DNA of 64,000 nt, taken from contig CP129477.1 in assembly GCA_030583825.1 (NCBI GenBank), positions 318,308 through 382,307 of the forward strand, given 5' to 3'. How positions within the stretch are numbered: the stretch's first letter is position 1; every line of letters starts with the position of its first letter. The translations under genes and the position numbers were made by a program. Source of the DNA: Candidatus Dojkabacteria bacterium (GTDB lineage Bacteria; Patescibacteriota; Dojkabacteria; GCA-002793355). The notes under the pieces were generated by a model. That model was not told the DNA's origin and searched no databases. It saw only the letters and a program-made list of their open reading frames with translations. This document shows positions 60,966 to 64,000 of the stretch, one piece after another.

Positions 60966-62369
60966 ATGACTTTGAAAACAAAAATTGTGTGTACAATCGG
61001 GCCTGCAAGCTGGGATCCAGAAGTTATGCGCCAAATGATTGAAAACGGTATGAATGTCGCCCGTGTTAACGGCGCTTTTGCTGATACGGATGAACTCGAC
61101 ATGGTTCGAGCACTTGTGAGAAATGTTAGTGATTCCGCGAGCTTAATGGTTGATGTAAAAGGCCCGGAAATTCGCCTAAACAAGTTTGATGAACCAATTC
61201 CACTAAAAGTAGGTGAAACTTTCGTTATTGGAAATACTTCTCGTGATAAAATATATCCTGCAAACTATAAGGATGTATATACTTACGTAAAACCCGGCCA
61301 GCGTATCGTTATTGGTGATGGAGACGTTGAATTTGTCGTAGAAAAGATCATTGACGATCAAATGTACTGCACTGTGCAATATGGTGAAGTACTTAAGCCT
61401 GGAAAAGCAATGAATTTGCCAAACTGCGATTATACTACCGACATTTTGACTGAGAAAGACAAAGAAAACCTGCAGCATGCAATAAAAACCGGCTGGGAGT
61501 TTGTTTCTGCGTCTTTTGTGCAAGATGCTGACTCTGCCCGAAAAATTAAAGAATTTATTGGCGACGCACCTATGAAGTTAATCGCTAAGATCGAAAACCA
61601 GGCTGGAATTGACAATATTGACGAAATTCTTGAAGTTGTAGACGGTGTTATGATTGCACGTGGAGGACTTGGCGTTGAACTAGGCTTAGAAAAAGTGCCG
61701 TATATTCAAAAGCTGCTCATAGACAAATGCAATCGTCTAGGCAAGATCGTCATTACTGCAACTCAAATGCTCGAATCAATGACAACGTTGCCTCGGCCAA
61801 CTCGAGCAGAAGTAAATGATGTTGCAACAGCCGTTTTTCAAGGTACCGACGCCGTAATGCTTTCGGCTGAAAGCTCAGCAGGAAAATTCCCAATTGGCGC
61901 GGTTGCAATGCTCCACTCTATTTCTACCCAATCAGAAGACCATGTTGTACCTCAAATTATTCAATCTGATATTCCTTACGCCGAGACCGCTGATGCTCTC
62001 ACAAAAGCAATTGCCGCAATGTGCATGAGTAATGATAAGATTTCAAAAGTTGTGATTGTTTCCAAAACGGGAACAACACCTCGATTGCTGGCACGACATC
62101 GAATAAAGCAGGATATTTTCGCATATGTCAGTAACTCGTTTTATCGAAATACACTTATGCTTACAAAAGGGATTACTCAAGCATTTGTTTTTGACGGAGT
62201 CACAAGAGATAGCGATTTTTCCAGGGATGCGGCTGTTTCTCTCTTACTTGAGCAAGGAAAACGAGATAATGTATTGCAGTCCGGCGAAACTGTGCTGATT
62301 GTTGGAAAAACTCCAATGTCGGGAGAAGAATACTTTCCGAATATCTTTGAAATTGTCACGGTTTCGTAA
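60966..62369 (+). CDS. pyk: pyruvate kinase
   Basis: TKIVCTIGPAS…GMNVARVNGAF N-terminus; 467 aa with a C-terminal regulatory domain. Confidence 0.9.
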   Translation: MTLKTKIVCTIGPASWDPEVMRQMIENGMNVARVNGAFADTDELDMVRALVRNVSDSASLMVDVKGPEIRLNKFDEPIPLKVGETFVIGNTSRDKIYPANYKDVYTYVKPGQRIVIGDGDVEFVVEKIIDDQMYCTVQYGEVLKPGKAMNLPNCDYTTDILTEKDKENLQHAIKTGWEFVSASFVQDADSARKIKEFIGDAPMKLIAKIENQAGIDNIDEILEVVDGVMIARGGLGVELGLEKVPYIQKLLIDKCNRLGKIVITATQMLESMTTLPRPTRAEVNDVATAVFQGTDAVMLSAESSAGKFPIGAVAMLHSISTQSEDHVVPQIIQSDIPYAETADALTKAIAAMCMSNDKISKVVIVSKTGTTPRLLARHRIKQDIFAYVSNSFYRNTLMLTKGITQAFVFDGVTRDSDFSRDAAVSLLLEQGKRDNVLQSGETVLIVGKTPMSGEEYFPNIFEIVTVS

Positions 62370-62420
62370 AAAACAACTCTACTGCGTAAATGTTTCGCTG
62401 GAGAATTGGAAGTAATTCAA

Positions 62421-63455
62421 CTATGTTTTTACAACAAGAATATGTGGATCTTGCCCATTAATGCTGATTTCGTATTTATTAATTTCAGCGTGGGGAAATT
62501 CTGACTTGACGATTTTTGTTAATAAGTCTGAGCGTTTGCATAGGAAAACCATGGATCTCCCGGCAGTAGTGATCCTGCGATACTCTTTTACAACGTTTTT
62601 ATAGAGTGTCGTGAGTGACGCAACTTTTACTTTTTCATTCCACGGGAAATTGGTAACTACTGCGTCAAAATAATGATCTGACCACTTTGTCTTTGTCGCA
62701 TCCTGGACAAAAATTTGATCACTATTTCCTCCACTTGCAAGAAGGTTTTTCTTTGCATCGGAAACCGCTTCAGGATTGATATCGCCACCCCATACTTCGT
62801 AGCCAGCAGCCAATGCTTCGCAGAGAATTGTGCCGGTACCGCAAAAGTTATCAACAAGTCTTTTACTTTCGGAGTTTACGCCAAGAAGGCGAATCATCGC
62901 CGCCGCAAGAGTCGGCCGTACCGCCGCTGTTTTTGATTCATTGTATTGTTTTCTATCGTGAAGAGGTTGCTGGAAAAGCCTGACGGAGACGTACCATTCA
63001 TGCTCTTCGACATTAATCCTAACGTCAAAGTTTGAATGATCCTTTTCTGTAAACTCCCATCCTGTCTTTTGGGTAATAATCTGAGCAGCGACTTGTTGCA
63101 ATTCTGATTGCGACATTCCTTTGATAAGCGGCGCGCTAATGGTAATAGAGAATGTATTATTCACTTCTCTGTGTGCAGATATCTTTTCCCGAACTTCCGA
63201 AAAGTCTAAAGATTCGAGCATTTTCTCGCATTGTTCCGGCGAAAGAGGAAATGCCCTTTCGAAAGGAAAATCTGCAACAAGTACGCTTATGTCGTCAACT
63301 GTACGTAAATCGTGGAATAATGTGACATCCTGCCCATTTACAAAAATGATTTTCTTTGGAAGTACTTGCGACTCAGAAACATGAAGCTTCTCGTGGAGTT
63401 CATCAAGGCAAATCTCTTCAATACCCCGAACTGTATGGGCGATGTAAGTTGTCAT
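62421..63455 (-). CDS. THUMP-domain class I SAM-dependent RNA methyltransferase (RlmL/Trm14-like)
   Basis: N-terminal THUMP-like region; SAM motif FCGTGTILCEA; motif IV VVTNFPWNEK. Confidence 0.65.
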   Translation of the reverse strand: MTTYIAHTVRGIEEICLDELHEKLHVSESQVLPKKIIFVNGQDVTLFHDLRTVDDISVLVADFPFERAFPLSPEQCEKMLESLDFSEVREKISAHREVNNTFSITISAPLIKGMSQSELQQVAAQIITQKTGWEFTEKDHSNFDVRINVEEHEWYVSVRLFQQPLHDRKQYNESKTAAVRPTLAAAMIRLLGVNSESKRLVDNFCGTGTILCEALAAGYEVWGGDINPEAVSDAKKNLLASGGNSDQIFVQDATKTKWSDHYFDAVVTNFPWNEKVKVASLTTLYKNVVKEYRRITTAGRSMVFLCKRSDLLTKIVKSEFPHAEINKYEISINGQDPHILVVKT

Positions 63456-63491
63456 TGTTAGTTACATAATAGCAGGATTGTCAACTTTTAG

Positions 63492-63514
63492 CTATAGGGT
63501 ATTTAAGGTATAAT
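63492..63514 (+). promoter_or_regulatory. third copy of the CTATAGGGTAT… promoter motif, with -10 box TATAAT at 63509
   Basis: same 11-mer CTATAGGGTAT as at 454 and 11279; followed by an SD-led small ORF. Confidence 0.4.
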
Positions 63515-63549
63515 AGTGGTATCGTTGGCATATTGAAAAGGAACAATCA

Positions 63550-63708
63550 ATGCGTGATAGAAATGAACAAGTTACTCTTGGCCCGGCTCATAACCTCAGA
63601 TTGAGTAATAAGAAAAGAAAATTCCCCGTCAAGCTATTCCTGATTGTTTTTATTCTCACCCTGAGCCACTTGGCGTGCGCTATTACAGCGCTCTATCTCT
63701 TTCAATAG
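63550..63708 (+). CDS. possible small membrane protein (52 aa; not in the ORF track because it is under 60 aa)
   Basis: AAAGGA + 7 nt + ATG; C-terminal hydrophobic helix LFLIVFILTLSHLACAITALYLF; dedicated promoter. Confidence 0.3.
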   Translation: MRDRNEQVTLGPAHNLRLSNKKRKFPVKLFLIVFILTLSHLACAITALYLFQ

Positions 63709-63893
63709 CTCCAACAAAAGGGGAGGTTCTTACCATTCACAATACTATTGAACCTCCTTCTTTCTCCATATTCGCGACAACGCGACAGTGTTTTAGTAAC
63801 TATAAGGCTCTAATTAACTTATAGTCTGTTGTTTTTGTCTCAATTATGCTATAATACATCAACGAAAGATCCTTAGAATAAGGGAGGCCAGAA

Positions 63894-64000
63894 ATGGCAC
63901 AAAACACGCACCTGCTTATTGGACGAATTCCCCCTGAGACATTATATACGCGTCTTTGGGACAAAATTCGTTTAAAAGCACAAAAGAAAAGAATCAAATC
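63894..64000 (+). CDS. 5' end of an unidentified gene (MAQNTHLLIGRIPPETLYTRLWDKIRLKAQKKRIKS…), truncated by the window edge
   Basis: strong SD AGGGAGG + 6 nt + ATG; TATAAT at 63850; frame open to the end of the window. Confidence 0.35.
   Translation, partial: MAQNTHLLIGRIPPETLYTRLWDKIRLKAQKKRIK

Overview
Gene-dense 64-kb chromosomal window, roughly 40% GC, carrying about 75 protein-coding genes. I found no rRNA, tRNA, CRISPR array, integrase or transposase. Recognisable housekeeping genes include groEL (no groES upstream, but a CIRCE-like element), rpoD, pyruvate kinase, methionine aminopeptidase, exonuclease III, tRNA-guanine transglycosylase, rsgA, a NOL1/NOP2/Sun m5C RNA methyltransferase, msrA, msrB, a DnaQ-like exonuclease, a MutY/Nth-like HhH-GPD glycosylase and a THUMP methyltransferase. 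Accessory content includes: an ECF sigma/anti-sigma operon; an SdpR(ArsR)/SdpI-like pair; a ZIP metal transporter; an HMA-domain membrane protein; two paralogous GT-C glycosyltransferases with a GT2 partner; a MacAB-like ABC efflux set with a membrane fusion protein; a CHASE2 adenylate/guanylate cyclase with a FecR partner; a standalone LigD polymerase domain; and a pilN/pilO-like operon. Most transcription units appear leaderless, with a TATAAT-like -10 box 5-8 nt upstream of the ATG, often in 18-25 bp bidirectional intergenic regions. The most unusual loci are: (1) a five-gene cluster at 17.1-22.7 kb of paralogous secreted proteins sharing a C-terminal D-Y-T-D-[TS]-L-x-F motif, plus two DUF916/CscA-like C-terminally anchored proteins, which may be a WxL/Csc-like cell-surface complex; (2) a dispersed intergenic repeat family with a roughly 75-nt conserved core, present in at least six loci; (3) a translationally coupled operon GT-C / DUF1232 / LRR / thymidine-kinase-fold P-loop protein, convergent with the LigD polymerase domain; (4) a 24-nt palindromic operator shared between the SdpR-like operon and a distant locus. 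The taxon is probably a small-genome, monoderm-like uncultivated bacterium (CPR/Patescibacteria-like); this is inference only.
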